A stretch of DNA of 64,000 nt from Dipteris shenzhenensis (GCA_047967505.1 CM106538.1), one strand, 5' to 3'. Positions 12,773-25,800 are shown, numbered from the stretch's first letter. Numbers and translations are program-made. The notes: generated by a model not told the origin, from the letters alone.

Positions 12773-13435
12773 TGTTAGAGTTAGCTCAAATGTCCACCTC
12801 TCATGTAACCCACCAATATTCTGTGTACCCAATGTTGTAAGGCCCCCATATGAGGAGAAGCCATGATGGGTATCGGATATTGGGAGGGATCCCCAGTTTA
12901 GACACTGGAAGGGGTCTTAGAGTAGACCAGATGGTTATGAGACGGCTTAGGAGCCAAGAGTAGATACCTGTTTGCACAAAGGGGGGGTTCGGGGGGGCGA
13001 TAGCCCCCCCGATAGCAGGGGGTCTGGGGGGCGCAGGCCCCCGGTGGGGGTCTGGGGGCAAAGCCCCCAGCGGCAGGGTCCGGGGGCTATGCGCGATCCT
13101 TCATCTGCCCGACGGCATGTTTTCTGAAGGGTCGGTGGTCTTCCAGGCCGACTGTCTATTAGGCCGACTGCCTATTACAGGGCCGACCGTCAACCACTTA
13201 CACTATATAAGTGGCCACCCCCTATCATCAGATCACCAGTTCTTCACGCTCATAGTCCTCCGTCCAGCATCTGTCTAGATCACCATCGAAGCTCTGTCTG
13301 TAGAGCGCACGGGTGGACAGCCAACCATCAGTTGTATCAGCAGTTTGGTATATCAGAATTTTTTGTATTCTCTCCAGCTTTCCATCGTGTACTTGCGTTT
13401 TGTTGTTATCTTCCGCTGCGTACTATTTTCTTACA
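12773..13435 (+). repeat. 5' LTR of Copia B (663 bp)
   Basis: tgttagag...cttaca; lacks 31 bp present in the 3' LTR. Confidence 0.97.
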
Positions 13436-13512
13436 TGGTATCAGAGCTCAGGCTATCTGAGTAACGACTTTATTGCAAGTTCAACGAGCTTTGTTAGCAA
13501 AGGCTACTAGGA

Positions 13513-16500
13513 GTGATGGCTGCACCAACCCCGTTGCGAATTCGTCCACCTGCCTTCAATGAAGGCAAGCTCGATGGGACGAATTATACTTTGTGGAAAT
13601 TCAAGATCAGCGCGATCTTGGATTCATATGAGCTTCTGGATACTGTTCTGGGATTGGATCCAGAACCGGTTGGATCACCGAATCCAAACAACCCCAACGT
13701 CATAACGCCACCGAATGCAGATCTTCTTCGGGCATGGAAACGAAGGAACGCAGATGCACTCTGCGCTCTTGTTACCAGTTCAAGTGATTCTGTTTTGACT
13801 CTGATTCAGCATACAGACAAGGCAAGTGAGGCTTGGAACATACTGAAAGGTCAGTATGAAACGCGGAATCAGACCAGAATTCAAAATCTGGAGAATATGC
13901 TTGCTGCAGAGAGGTGCTCTGATGGAGAATCAGCTGAGACATTCATCACACGGATCAAGAATCTACGTGATCAGATGGCGGCGGTTGGGATTACAAAGAC
14001 CAGCGAAGAGTTGGCCAGAAGGTGCATTCGGATCCTTCCACAAAAGTACGATGCGTTGGTCACGACACTCAACACGCAGGTAAGAAATCCACCCCTCACT
14101 TTTGAAGAGTTTAGCGCGATGCTTCTAGAGGAGGAGATGCGAATGAAGACCCGCGATGGTGGAAGTGATGCAGCATTCTCAACCACATCCAAAGGGAAGG
14201 GTGGAGAGAAGAAGAATGGTAAGAAGAAGAAGTTTTCAGGTAAGTGCCACTACTGCAACAAAAGCGGTCACATGATCAAGGATTGCAGAAAGAAGCAGCA
14301 GGACGAAAAGAATGGCACTACACAGTCTTCTTCGAAAGGCAAGGAATCTGCCAACACAGTTGAAACTGAGTTGGAGCTATGGGTTGCAATTGAAGAAATA
14401 TGCTCCTCAACAGAAGTTTCAACAACGAATGATTCGTGGCTCCTTGATAGTGGAGCGTCCCGTCACATGACCAGAAAGAAGGACTGGTATAGCTCTTTCA
14501 AGCCTCTACAAGAGCCCATGAACGTGACGGTTGGTAATAATGCAAAATGCCCTGTGGAAGGTACAGGTACTATCTCTCTTTCCATTCAAGAGGGTGAAAC
14601 TAAAGAGCTTTCTGATGTATTACTAGTTCCTCAGCTAAAGAAGAACTTGCTTTCGGTTGCTGCGATAACTGATCGCAACTTGGAGGTGCGTTTCAAGAGG
14701 ACCGGAGCAGAAATCCTTAATGCAGCGGGCAAGGTGGTCGGCAAGGCAGTAAGGAAGAACAATCTCTATGAGCTGACGGCACTAACAGTCTCTTCAGGAG
14801 TGGGCATCAGTAAGGTATGGCATGAAAGATTTGGTCATCTTAGTTATCCTATTCTTTTGGAAATGCAGAAAACAGGGATGGTTGCACACTTGCCTGCACT
14901 CTCAAAGGTGCAGGAACCTTGTGAAGCTTGTATGATGGGCAAGCAACAAAGGAAGGCTTTTCCACATGAGAGCGGCTATCAGGCAAAGGCTCCTCTAGAA
15001 TTGGTTCATGCTGATCTCAGTGGGAAAGCTCCAACTCAAGCTTTGGGGGGATGTAACTACTATATGCTTATCGTCGACGACTACAGTAGATACATGTGGG
15101 TGTATTTTTTACGAGATAAGGCTGAAGCTCTTGGAAAATTCAAACAGTGGCAAAAGATGGTGGAAAACGAAAGCGGGCTGAAGGTAAAGAAGCTTCGCAC
15201 GGATCGAGGAGGAGAGTTCCTGTCAAAAGAGTTCGACACATACTTGCACGAGAATGGCATTAAGCGCCAACTCACGACTGCACATACTCCGCAACAAAAT
15301 GGTGTTGTAGAGCGTCGCAATCGTACTGCCATGGAGATGGCATGATGCATGGCACTAGGTAAAGGATTGCCTAAGTCTTTTTGGGCTGAGGCAGTCAATA
15401 CAGCAGTCTACATCCTCAATCGAAGCTTCACAAAGGCCTTGACGGGCAAAACACCTTTGGAGGCTTACTCAGGTAAAAAGCCTTCCGCTTCTCATTTCAG
15501 AACATTTGGATGTGAGTGCTTTGTTCATGTTCCAGATAGCACCAGAAAGAAATTAGATCCAAAGAGCAGAAAGTGTATCTTCATGGGCTATAGCCAAGAG
15601 TCAAAGGCGTACCGGCTATATGATCCAGAGGCAAAGAAAATCATGGTCAGTCGTGATGTGGTGTTTTGGGAACAGCCACATACAGTGGAGGAGGAGGTAT
15701 GCCCTTCCACTTTATCATCAGCCGTAAAAGTAACTCACCTTGTGCCCGTATCTAAAGCAGAGTTGCAGAATGAGGAGGAGTACTTCGAGGAACAGACTCC
15801 ACCAACACCACAACATGCCTTGGCTCCACAAGGTAAGCCACTTCCAAAGTGGGCAAGGCAGCTCTTTGATGAGAAGAATCCGGTTCCAGACTTGGCGGAG
15901 TCATCTGCAGATGGACTTCGACGATCAAAGAGGATAGAGGAGCAGAAAAGGGCTTCTGAACACATAGTCAATATGGCCTTGATGGCTGAGATTATGAAAG
16001 TTCAAGAGCCTATGAATTTGGATGAGGCAATGGCGGATCCAAATTGGAAAGCTGCCATGCAAGAGGAGTATGACAACATCATGAAGAATCAGACTTGGGA
16101 CTTGGTTGATCGTCCAGAAAAAAGGAAGATCATTGGTACCAAATGGGTATGGAAGGCCAAGTACAAATCTGATGGATCTTTGGAAAAGTACAAGGCTAGG
16201 CTTGTTGCACAAGGATACTCTCAAGTTGAAGGCTTTGATTTTGAGGATTCCTTTGCTCCTACAACAAGGATGACAACTATTCGGGTGGTACTTGCCTTGG
16301 CTGCTCATAAGCAGTGGCCGGTGTTTCAAATGGACGTGAAATCTGCGTTCTTGAATGGACATCTCAAGGAGGAGGTATATGTGTTCCAGCCACCAGGATT
16401 TGAGGTGCCCAATTCAGAGAACAAGGTTTGCAAACTAAAGAAGGCATTGTACGGGCTGAAACAGGCCCCAAGGGCATGGTACCAACGGATTGATAGCTTT

Positions 16501-17532
16501 CTCATATCTATTGGTTTCTCAAAAAGTGCTTCTGATGCTAACCTGTATGTTTGTAAGCAGGATGGCAAGTATGTGGTAATAGTCCTTTACGTGGATGACT
16601 TGATCATCACAGGAGATCATGAGAAGATGCTGCAACAGTTGAGGGAGTCGTTGAGTTTCGAGTTTGAGATGACAGATTTGGGGCTCATGCACTTTTGCCT
16701 CGGCATTGAGGTTTGGCAAAAACCTGGCAGGATTTTCATCTCTCAGCAGAGATATGCTCGCGAGATCTTGAAGGCATTCGGTATGACCGAGTGTAAGGAC
16801 GTGGTCTCTCCCATGGAGGTGAATGGTAAGCTCTCAGTGGAGGATGCATCACCACTTGTCGACATCAAGGAGTATAGGAAACTTGTGGGGAGTCTCATTT
16901 TTCTGTGCAACACTAGACCTGATATCAACTTTGCAGTTGGTGTACTTAGTAGGTTCTCAAATCAACCTCGAGAGAACCATTGGAAAGCAGGGATGCGTGT
17001 GCTAAAGTACGTGAAAGGTACACTAGAGTATGGCATTACCTACAGAGCAGGGAAGACCTTGGCGGGTTACTGTGACTCAGATTGGGCGGGAGATTGTGAT
17101 TCTAGAAAGTCAGTTTCTGGATATTGTTTCTCACTTGGTTCAGGAGTGTTCTCTTGGATTAGCAAGAAGCAACCAACAGTGGCACTATCTTCGACAGAAG
17201 AAGCTGAGTACAAGGCAGCATGCATTGCTGCTTGTGAAGCAGTTTGGCTAAGGAGGATCTTGCAAGACATAGGAGTTCCAATCGAAGATGCGACGGTTCT
17301 AAAATGCGACAATCAGAGTTGCATGGCCATTGCAAAGAATCCTGTGTTCCATGCTCGTACAAAGCACATAGAGATCCAGTATCACTACGTACGAGAGCTC
17401 ATCGAGGATGGAGTCATAGAGCTGGAGTATTGTCCCACAGAGGACAATTGCGCAGACATCTTCACGAAGGCTCTTGGGAGTGATTTATTGTTGCGGCATC
17501 TACATCGACTCGGCATTGGTCCGAACACGTAG
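13513..17532 (+). pseudogene. gag-pol: Copia B gag-pol polyprotein with a single in-frame premature stop at 15343-15345
   Basis: 610-aa and 727-aa ORFs in the same frame; CHYCNKSGHMIKDC, LLDSGAS, integrase DD(35)E region, YVDD, RNase H DSDWAG...CDNQS. Confidence 0.97.
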
Positions 17533-17561
17533 TTCATCTTCGGGTGAACATTGAGGGGGGG

Positions 17562-18255
17562 TGTTAGAGTTAGCTCAAATGTCCACCTCTCATGTAACCC
17601 ACCAATATTCTGTGTACCCAATGTTGTAAGGCCCCCATATGAGGAGAAGCCATGATGGGTATCAGATATTGGGAGGGATCCCCAGTTTAGACACTGGAAG
17701 GGGTCTTAGAGTAGACCAGATGGTTATGAGACGGCTTAGGAGCCAAGAGTAGATACCCGTCTGCACAAAGGGGGGGTTCGGGGGGGCGATAGCCCCCCCG
17801 ATAGCAGGGGGTCTGGGGGGCGCAGGCCCCCGGTGGGGGTCTGGGGGCAAAGCCCCCAGCGGCAGGGTCCGGGGGCTGCCGGTAGCCCCAGGCCCGATGG
17901 TATGACCTATGCGCGATCCTTCATCTGCCTGACGGCATGTTTTCTGAAGGGTCGGTGGTCTTCCAGGCCGACTGTCTATTAGGCCGACTGCCTATTACAG
18001 GGCCGACCGTCAACCACTTACACTATATAAGTGGCCACCCCCTATCATCAGATCACCAGTTCTTCACGCTCATAGTCCTCCGTCCAGCATCTGTCTAGAT
18101 CACCATCGAAGCTCTATCTGTAGAGCGCACGGGTGGACAGCCAACCATCAGTTGTATCAGCAGTTTGGTATATCAGAATTTTTTGTATTCTCTCCAGCTT
18201 TCCATCGTGTACTTGCGTTTTGTTGTTATCTTCCGCTGCGTACTATTTTCTTACA
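17562..18255 (+). repeat. 3' LTR of Copia B (694 bp)
   Basis: Matches the 5' LTR and is followed by TSD aagac. Confidence 0.97.
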
Positions 18256-18324
18256 AAGACAACCAACCACACGAGGAGGGTTGGAACCTACCTAAGGTCC
18301 CCATTAATAAGTTATGCTAATGCT

Positions 18325-18565
18325 TTGAATGTGATGACACTAATGTATCTATCCCCATAATCTACCGAAACCAAAAGGTTGACACCATCCTAGGTGGGGG
18401 AGCTTGTATGAACCTCTGGGAATTCTCATCGATATTAACATTAAGGTGTTTGGCTTCATGTACCCCATTTGGTTTGTGGTTATGGACTTCACCAAGTAGC
18501 CTAGATATGAAGCCATCCTAGGTAGGCCCTTTCTACGAATGTCCAAACTCATACATGATTGATGC
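18325..18565 (+). pseudogene. Gypsy aspartic protease remnant
   Basis: VDTILGGGACMN (D-G motif mutated) ... FVVMDF ... YEAILGRPFLR. Confidence 0.7.
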
Positions 18566-19079
18566 ACAAACAACATCTATTTACGTCATGAGAAGAAAAT
18601 TGTGCAAGTGGACCTACACACATGGCCACTTATTACCCATGGAATCTGACACAACAGACAGAACCGCATCTCTAAAACTCTTCCAAACTTGTGAGAGAGA
18701 ATGTGACAAGAAGGAGGTAGACGAGTTTTGGTATGCCCCCTCAGGGGGGTCACTACATATAAACTCTTTATATCACGTGCACTCAAGGCTTTGTTTGTAA
18801 AATCCCTTATGATTCTGTAGATTTTTCATTAATAAAATGTACCCTTTTTCTATACAAATCTATAATTGTCTTCTAAAATCATTGTAAATACTCCCTTTCA
18901 TAATTTAAATTCTATAAATTTTGAAAATTAATAATCTCCTTCTATTGGATTCACGTGATAGGGTTACATAAGATGAGTGACTCCTCGAGTATGCCCCTCT
19001 CCCTGGGCCAAAGTTCTCTCAAAATTGGATGCACATTCTAGCAAACATTGACATCCCAAGAAGAATAGGGTTCCAAATA

Positions 19080-20020
19080 ACAACCCCTGAGCTATGCAAT
19101 CCTTGCCAAAGAGTCAAAATCCCACATAAAGTGGATATGATGCCCCTAACGAGAATATTAATCGATCACGCTTTTGAGAAATGGGGCATAGAATTTATTG
19201 GTCCTATAAGCCCAGTAGCTAAAGGAACAAGGGCCAAATACATTATCTTGGCCACAGATTATTTCACCAAATGGGTCAAGGGACAAGCCAGAAGGAAAGC
19301 TGATGTGTGGTTGACATCTAAGTTATATATGAACAAGTCATTATACGGTTCAGGTGTCCCTTGGAACTAGTCAGAGAACAAGGAATTCATTTCCTCAATG
19401 AAACCATAGCAATCCTAACTAGCAAATTCATGATCATACATAGGAAATTGATGCCATACTATCCTAGAGCAAATGTCCTGGCTGAAAAGCCAAACAAAAT
19501 GTGCTGCATGATTATAACTTGCATCATCGAAGCCAAACAGTCGTACTGATTGGGAGCATAAGCTCATCACAACATTGTGGTCCTACCGAACTTTGTACAA
19601 AGTGGCAACAAACTACACCCCCTTCAGCTTAGCATTTGGGGTGGAAGCATTTATGCCAATGGAGTATGTAGCGCCCAACCTTCACATCACAGTTAAGTAA
19701 AGGCTCACCAAAAATACTTTGGCAGAGCACTTAGTGAATCTTGAACGACTAGATGAGATGAGATTACGCATTGCCTATTGCTTGTGAGTGGAGAAGGCAC
19801 GGCATAAAAAATGGTTCAACCTCAAGAACAAGGACCTCCAAGAGGGGGATTTGGCACTCCTCTAAAGCATCCGTAACACCAAGTGCAAACTTAAATATAG
19901 GAACATGTGTCCCTATCGCATAGTGGATATCACTCCGCAAGGCACATGCCAAGTCGCCACCTTATATGGAGTAGATATGGATGGCTTCCTTAATGATATC
20001 AAATTGAAAAGATACTCTGG
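19080..20020 (+). pseudogene. Gypsy integrase remnant
   Basis: CNPCQR, FEKWGIEFIGPI, LATDYFTKWV, PYYPRAN..AEK.NK, LWSYRT.YK..T.YTPF.LAFG; frameshifted. Confidence 0.9.
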
Positions 20021-20204
20021 CCCCCTCGCTCTATAGACCCTCCAAGCCATACATAGGGAAAAGGAGCTCAAGGTCGAGATATCCCAGATGAAACATCAGA
20101 CCATCAAAGAATCCAAGGCATGTAATGCCAAAACCAGACAACAGAAACAAATGGCTTTTTTTAAAGAAACATTAGAATACCTAGGCCCGACTGATGAGCT
20201 AATA

Positions 20205-20510
20205 GTTGATCCGGCTAGGTTGAGTGTCCAATTGCAGGGCCCAAGTACAAGCACTGAGGCACTCGTGGATCTAGAAGAGCACCATAACTTCATCTCTCAC
20301 GAAGTATGGGAAGCACTAAAGGTACCTCCAATCCTTAATGTTGCTTTAATTTGGGTTATCACAACGGTCAAATCTTAAGTACATTGGGGTATGTAGACTT
20401 GAAACTAATTGTTGTCCACTAGGTGGTTGAGATTTGTTTTTATGTTCTTCCCATAGAGATGACCAATGAATAGATGATCCTAGGAAGGACCTAGTGCTAT
20501 GCCATAAACT
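20205..20510 (+). pseudogene. Second retroviral-like aspartic protease domain downstream of the integrase
   Basis: EALVDLEEHHNFISHEVWEALKVP ... FYVLP...MILGRT*. Confidence 0.6.
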
Positions 20511-21339
20511 ACCAAATCGACTAGAGAGCAAGAACCTCGACTCTTGCATAGGAGGGGAGAACCATAGTAATTCCACTTTGTAAAGACCATTATAATTCCC
20601 CCATAGTACAACCACCTGCAAGAGGCAAGGAAATTTTAAACGAAGCAATTCCAAATCTCCAGAGGCCTCCAGTGCCCCCTAGTTAGATACTTAGAAGGAA
20701 ATCCATCCCAATGCATCTCGAAGTCCTAATCCTAATCTCAATAGAGGCAAACCCTTGCCACAAACTACTCTCCCACCTCTACTTCCCATGCCCAAAGCTA
20801 TGAGAACCACCCAAAGATTCCACAAACTATGGGTGCACAATGTCATCCCTCATGCCAACACAACACTAGCAAAGGACAGCAGCCTTGGAAGATCAAACCT
20901 TGGAAGGGTTTCTGACCCCTTCTTGCCCTGCACCAACATAGGCAATCCCATCAAGGAGTAGGGCTCGATGACTCCAATCACCTCTCCTGCATGGAAAAAT
21001 TCCAACACTCCATGGACAAAAGTTTCACAAGAATTGGCTTGCGACAAGGCTCTTGGAAGCCTAAGGCTACTATCAAGAAGAGTGATACATTTGGGTTCCA
21101 AAGCTTCCAACAACATGGAATACACAACCTCAACTCATTGGGATTCATAAGGTAGTAACACAAGAACCTACATCAACTCTTGATGCAATCCCACAAGAAC
21201 CTACCCTCGAGCCCAGGATGACAAATAATTATATGGGCCCAAGGAACATCATGATTCCACATACAATGCAACTCAATGAGAAAGTCACCAAGGCCATCGA
21301 GGAAGAAACACAAGAACCAACGACCCCTAAAAGTGGGGT

Positions 21340-21401
21340 AGTTAAGCAAGAACCTTCCTCCAAGCCCATGAGTTAAGCAAGAACCTTCCTCCAAGTCCAT
21401 G
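21340..21401. repeat. 2 x 31-bp tandem duplication at the Gypsy/Copia E junction
   Basis: agttaagcaagaaccttcctccaag(c/t)ccatg twice, followed directly by minus-strand Copia RT sequence. Confidence 0.9.
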
Positions 21402-21993
21402 TGAACATAATCAACATAACCTGCTAGTTGTTGCATGTAGACTTCCTTGTCTAGATAACCATTGAGAAATGCATTCTTGACATCAAGCTGATACACATTC
21501 CATCTGCTGAGTGTCGCTAGTGATATCAAGAACCGAATGGAATCCATCTTTGCTACTGGAGCATAAATCTCATCATAATCTTGACCATATTGCTGTGCAA
21601 ATCCTTTTGCAAGTAGTCTAGCTTTGTATCTCTAAATACTTCCATCTAAATTGTACTTCACTTTGTATACCCATTTGTTTGCTATGCCCTTCTTTCCTAG
21701 TGGAAGGTCGCATAATTTCCAAGTATTATTCTTATACAAAGCATCCATTTCTTCATTCATAGTAGTTTGCAATTCTAGCTTGTGTACTACGTCTTCAAAG
21801 TACACTGGCTCTTCTGTAGCCATGACGGTAGTCATAAGAGCATAGTTGGTGGTTTCCACCTGAATTGCTTTGCCTTTCCGAGCATATGTTAATCTGGTTG
21901 GAGGTCTGCTTTCCATAGTAAACCGTCTAAGCTATTGTGGCTTTGCTTGGTGTGTTGCTAGCAATTCTTGCTCTTCTTCATCAACCTATTCTG

Positions 21994-22345
21994 TGTTGAG
22001 ATATCGAGCTCCACTCGCGATATGCCAAGGTGACCGTTGTGTATTTATGTCACCGACTTGTTAGCTGGAGATGCGGTTGGTACACCGCTCACGAATAATA
22101 GCTAGATGATAGCTATCCTTATCTACACTAGTTCATGGCTCAGTTAGTATGCCACCTTAGTTAGTTGAGTTTGGTTTGAGACCCACATATAGGGTTCTTC
22201 TATTTCTTTGTACTTGAGTTCTTTTGGCTTTCACAACTAAGAAGAGGAAAACTATTTTCAGCCTCCACCTTCGTGTGTATTCCCCCATTGTGCATGTGAG
22301 AAAGCCGCAAGTGAGACTCCTTCCCTCTCTCCCACAATCTTCACA
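21994..22345 (+). repeat. 5' LTR of Copia D (352 bp)
   Basis: tgttgaga...cttcaca followed by the PBS. Confidence 0.97.
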
Positions 22346-22891
22346 TGGTATCAGAGCCTTGTTCGTGGTAAGGAGCTCAAGAAAGCAAGCCAAGTTCGTG
22401 GTGTCCTGGTAAGAGGACCAGTGTTGCTTTCCTATTTCGAGTTTGGGAGCAAATCTCTGCAGGTAGCACAACCAAAAGTGCAGGAGTGCACTGTTTCAGA
22501 TTGAGACGCCCTTCCGGTGTGGCGAGAGCATAGTATATGCTGCGAGTAAGGGCGAAGCCCTTAGTGACTTTATTTTTCTGATTTGAGGCCGTTTCGAGGC
22601 CCGTTTTGAAGGCGGAAGTTCTTCACAGGCACTCAGAAAAAGGCCCTATTTTTTGCTGTGCGACCACTGCTGCGCGGCTAGTCGGTGGAAAGGTGCTACA
22701 GAAATTGCATTGTATGCCTGTGTGCAGAGATATTGGGAGTTGCAGATTCATGCTTGTTGCCTGTTGATGCAAAATCATCACTAGGAAGTGACTGTGTGGT
22801 GAAATACCACTTTCGTCAGTTTTGCAAATCTGCCTGTGTGAGGCAAAAGCTGTGTTTTTTGCAGTGACAGAATATTTTGCAGTGTTCTGTA

Positions 22892-25800
22892 ATGGCATCT
22901 GATTCTCTTTCATAGATTGTCACTGAAAAGCTTGACAAGAACAACTTCCAGGCATGGAAGTTTAGAATGACGAATTTCTTGATGGGAAAAGGCTATTGGG
23001 AATTCATTACAGGAAATGAAGAAGAACCTGTTCTTCCTAATGTTCCCAGTCAACAGGAAATGCAGGCATTCAAAGGATGGCATGAGAGAGCCATGAAAGT
23101 TATGTACTGGCTGTCTATCAGTATTTCGGACTCCATGATTGTGCATATTTAGGATGCAAATACGCCAAAGGAGGCATGGGATACTTTGGCAAAAATGTAT
23201 AGCACAAATACGCAAGCCAGGAAAATGCAACTCAAACAGGAGTTGCACAATGTGCAGAGAGAAAATTTGAGCATAAATGACTACCACATGAAAGTGAAGA
23301 AAATTGCAGATGCACTTGCTTCCATTGGGTCGCCAGTGGATGATGACGATTTGGTTTCTGTGACCTTGAATGGTCTAGGAAAGGATTATGCATAGTTCCG
23401 GACATCCATTGCCGTCCGTGAAAAATTTCCTGATTTTGAGGAGTTGATTGCTCTTCTAATTTTTGAAGAGCAGAGAAATGGGGGTGCATCTTCTTCAGCA
23501 GGAACTTCAAAAGAAACTGTCTTCTACTCAAATGCTGGCAGAGGTAGAGGCAGAGGTAGAGGAGGCCGATCTGCAGGCCATGGTAGAAATCAGAATATGC
23601 AGCAAACGCAAGAAAACCAGTCCTATGCAGGAGGACGTGGTAACTCTAGAGGCAGGGGGAGCCAAAGAGGCCGTGGTGGATGGCAGAGAGGCCAAAATGC
23701 AAACAGCAATATTGAATGCTACTATTGTGGCAAAATGGGTCATATGGCTAAGGACTGCGATAAAAAGCAGAATGACATTATGAATGGAAAATTGCAGCAA
23801 GGCAATTATGCATCCTCTAGTAGACAGGGTGATGACAGAAATGAGCATTTGTTTATGGTGCAGCATATGACAAATTTTGTAACAAGTGCAGAAGAAAGCA
23901 ATGATGTGTGGTATGTTGACTCGGGTGCGTCAAACCACATGACAGGTCACGCTGAATGGATGCAGGATGCAAGAAAAATGGAAAAACCAAGATTTGTGGA
24001 GACTGGTGATGATACTGCACATCCTATTGTGCAGATTGGCAAAATTCCTTTGTCTATGCAGGATGGGAAAAAGAAATACTTGTCTGATGTATTTCATGTC
24101 CCGAACATCACCAAGAACCTAGTTTCTGTTGGTCAAATGGTTGAGCAGGGCTTGCAGGTTAGATTTAATCCTCATGGATGCTTTGTTGAGGATATGAAAA
24201 ATAACGATCGCTTGATAGCAAAAGGAAAGAAGAAGGGCAGGATGTTTACGTTGGATGCAGACATGCCTGAATTGAGTGCAGCAATGTTTGCACATGGGAC
24301 CAGTGTAGTTGCAGATATGTAGTTGCAGATATTGATATCTGGCACAAATGCATTGGTCATGTTAATATACAGCGACTTAAATCAATGCAAGCCCAAAATA
24401 TTGTTGCAGGATTGCCTAAATTCAAGGTTGCAGAAATGCACAAGGTTTGTGAAGCCTGTCAATTTGGGAAACAGGTAAGGAAACCTTTTCCTAGGCATGT
24501 TCAAGAGAGTAAAAAGCCATTGGAATTAATCCACTCTGATGTGTGGACTACAAAAGCTGCATCTATTGGAGGCTGTCACTATTTTGTCACATTTATTGAT
24601 GACGTCAGTAGAAAACTATGGGTGTATTTTATGAAAAAGAAAAGTGAAGTGTTTGGGCACTTCAAAGCTTTCAAAGCTATGGTTGAAAAAGAAACAGGCC
24701 TGCAAATAAAATGCCTAAGGTCAGATGGAGGGGGAGAGTACCTCTCAAATGAGTTTGCAAGGTTCTTGCAGGAGCATGGTATAAAGCAGCAATATTCATG
24801 CAGCCATACCCCACAGCAAAATGGAATTGCAGAAAGAAAAAACAGGCATATTGGAGAGGTATCTCGGGCTATGCTAAATGAAAAAGATCTACCAGATTAT
24901 TATTGGGCTGAAGCAGTTGCTACAGCAGTCTATATAATGAACAGGACTCCCACTGCAGCAATACATGGCATGACGCCAGAGGAGATGTATACTGGTAGGA
25001 AACCAGATATTTCTCATTTGAAGATTTTTGGTTGCATTGCCTATGTCCATGTGCCAGATGAGTTGAGGTCCAAGTTGGATCCAAAAGCTGAGAAGTGCAT
25101 CTTTATTGGTTATTCTCTGTAGCAAAAAGGGTATAGATGCTATAACCCTTCTACACGAAAGTTCACAGTGAGCAGAGATGTTGTTTTTTATGAGATGAGC
25201 AGCTGGTATAAACCAGTAAATGTGATGATTGATGTAGATGCACAAAATGGTAATGCTGCACAGAATGCACAGCAACAATCACAAAATATCAGTGGACCTA
25301 GAGTGTCCTCTACCAGTGGTTCACATACTTCGCCATGGATAGGCAGATTGAGATCAGGAGAATCCCCTCAAAGCAATGTAGAGAGTGGTATGCAGGTATC
25401 ACGAAAAGGAAAAGAGAAGGTAGATCAGCCCATGTATGATGTGAATGCAGGTCACTCTTGTGTGGATGGTGAATCCAGTGGCTCAGAACAGAGCATTGAT
25501 AATGAGTTGGGTATTCCTTCTGTTGTTACACCTGGAGTAAGGAAGACCAGGGATGTTTTGAGAGCACCTGCAAGTGAGCCTATTTTGCGCAGGTCTACCA
25601 GGGTTAGGTATCCTGTGGATAGGCTGAAATATGATGGATTTACAACCATTCACTATGCCTATATGGTCAAAGTTATACAGGAACCAGAACCCACTTCTTT
25701 TGAGCAAGCCATGGGAAATGAAAAATGGGAGAAAGCCATGGATGAAGAAATGGATGCCTTGGATGCTAATGCTACATGGGAATTGGTGCCTTTGCCTAAA

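Larger units (their letters stand above)
12773..18255 (+). mobile_element. Full-length, young Ty1/Copia LTR retrotransposon B
   Basis: LTRs 12773-13435 and 17562-18255 are nearly identical; TSD AAGAC (12768-12772, 18256-18260); PBS 13436-13447; PPT 17553-17561. Confidence 0.98.
5209..21401 (+). mobile_element. Decayed Ty3/Gypsy retrotransposon (non-chromovirus, Tat/Athila-like) that hosts Copia A and B; LTRs not identified
   Basis: Retrotrans_gag-like INQLYEVKQNEKESL*DYIMRIKHL (5299-5376), CCHC knuckles (5757, 11735, 11902), protease ILGGGACMN...ILGRPFL (18390-18537), and integrase FEKWGIEFIGPI...YIILATDYFTKWV (19170-19277) with C-terminal region to ~20015. Confidence 0.8.

Noticed and set aside
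12801-13061. Pro-rich ORFs in the B LTRs (also 17662-17850) and other short antisense ORFs over pol genes
   Set aside because: By-products of G/C runs or shadow frames, with no recognisable domains.
15343-15345. Programmed stop-codon readthrough in Copia B
   Set aside because: The stop lies mid-integrase at a conserved Arg position; CGA>TGA deamination explains it.
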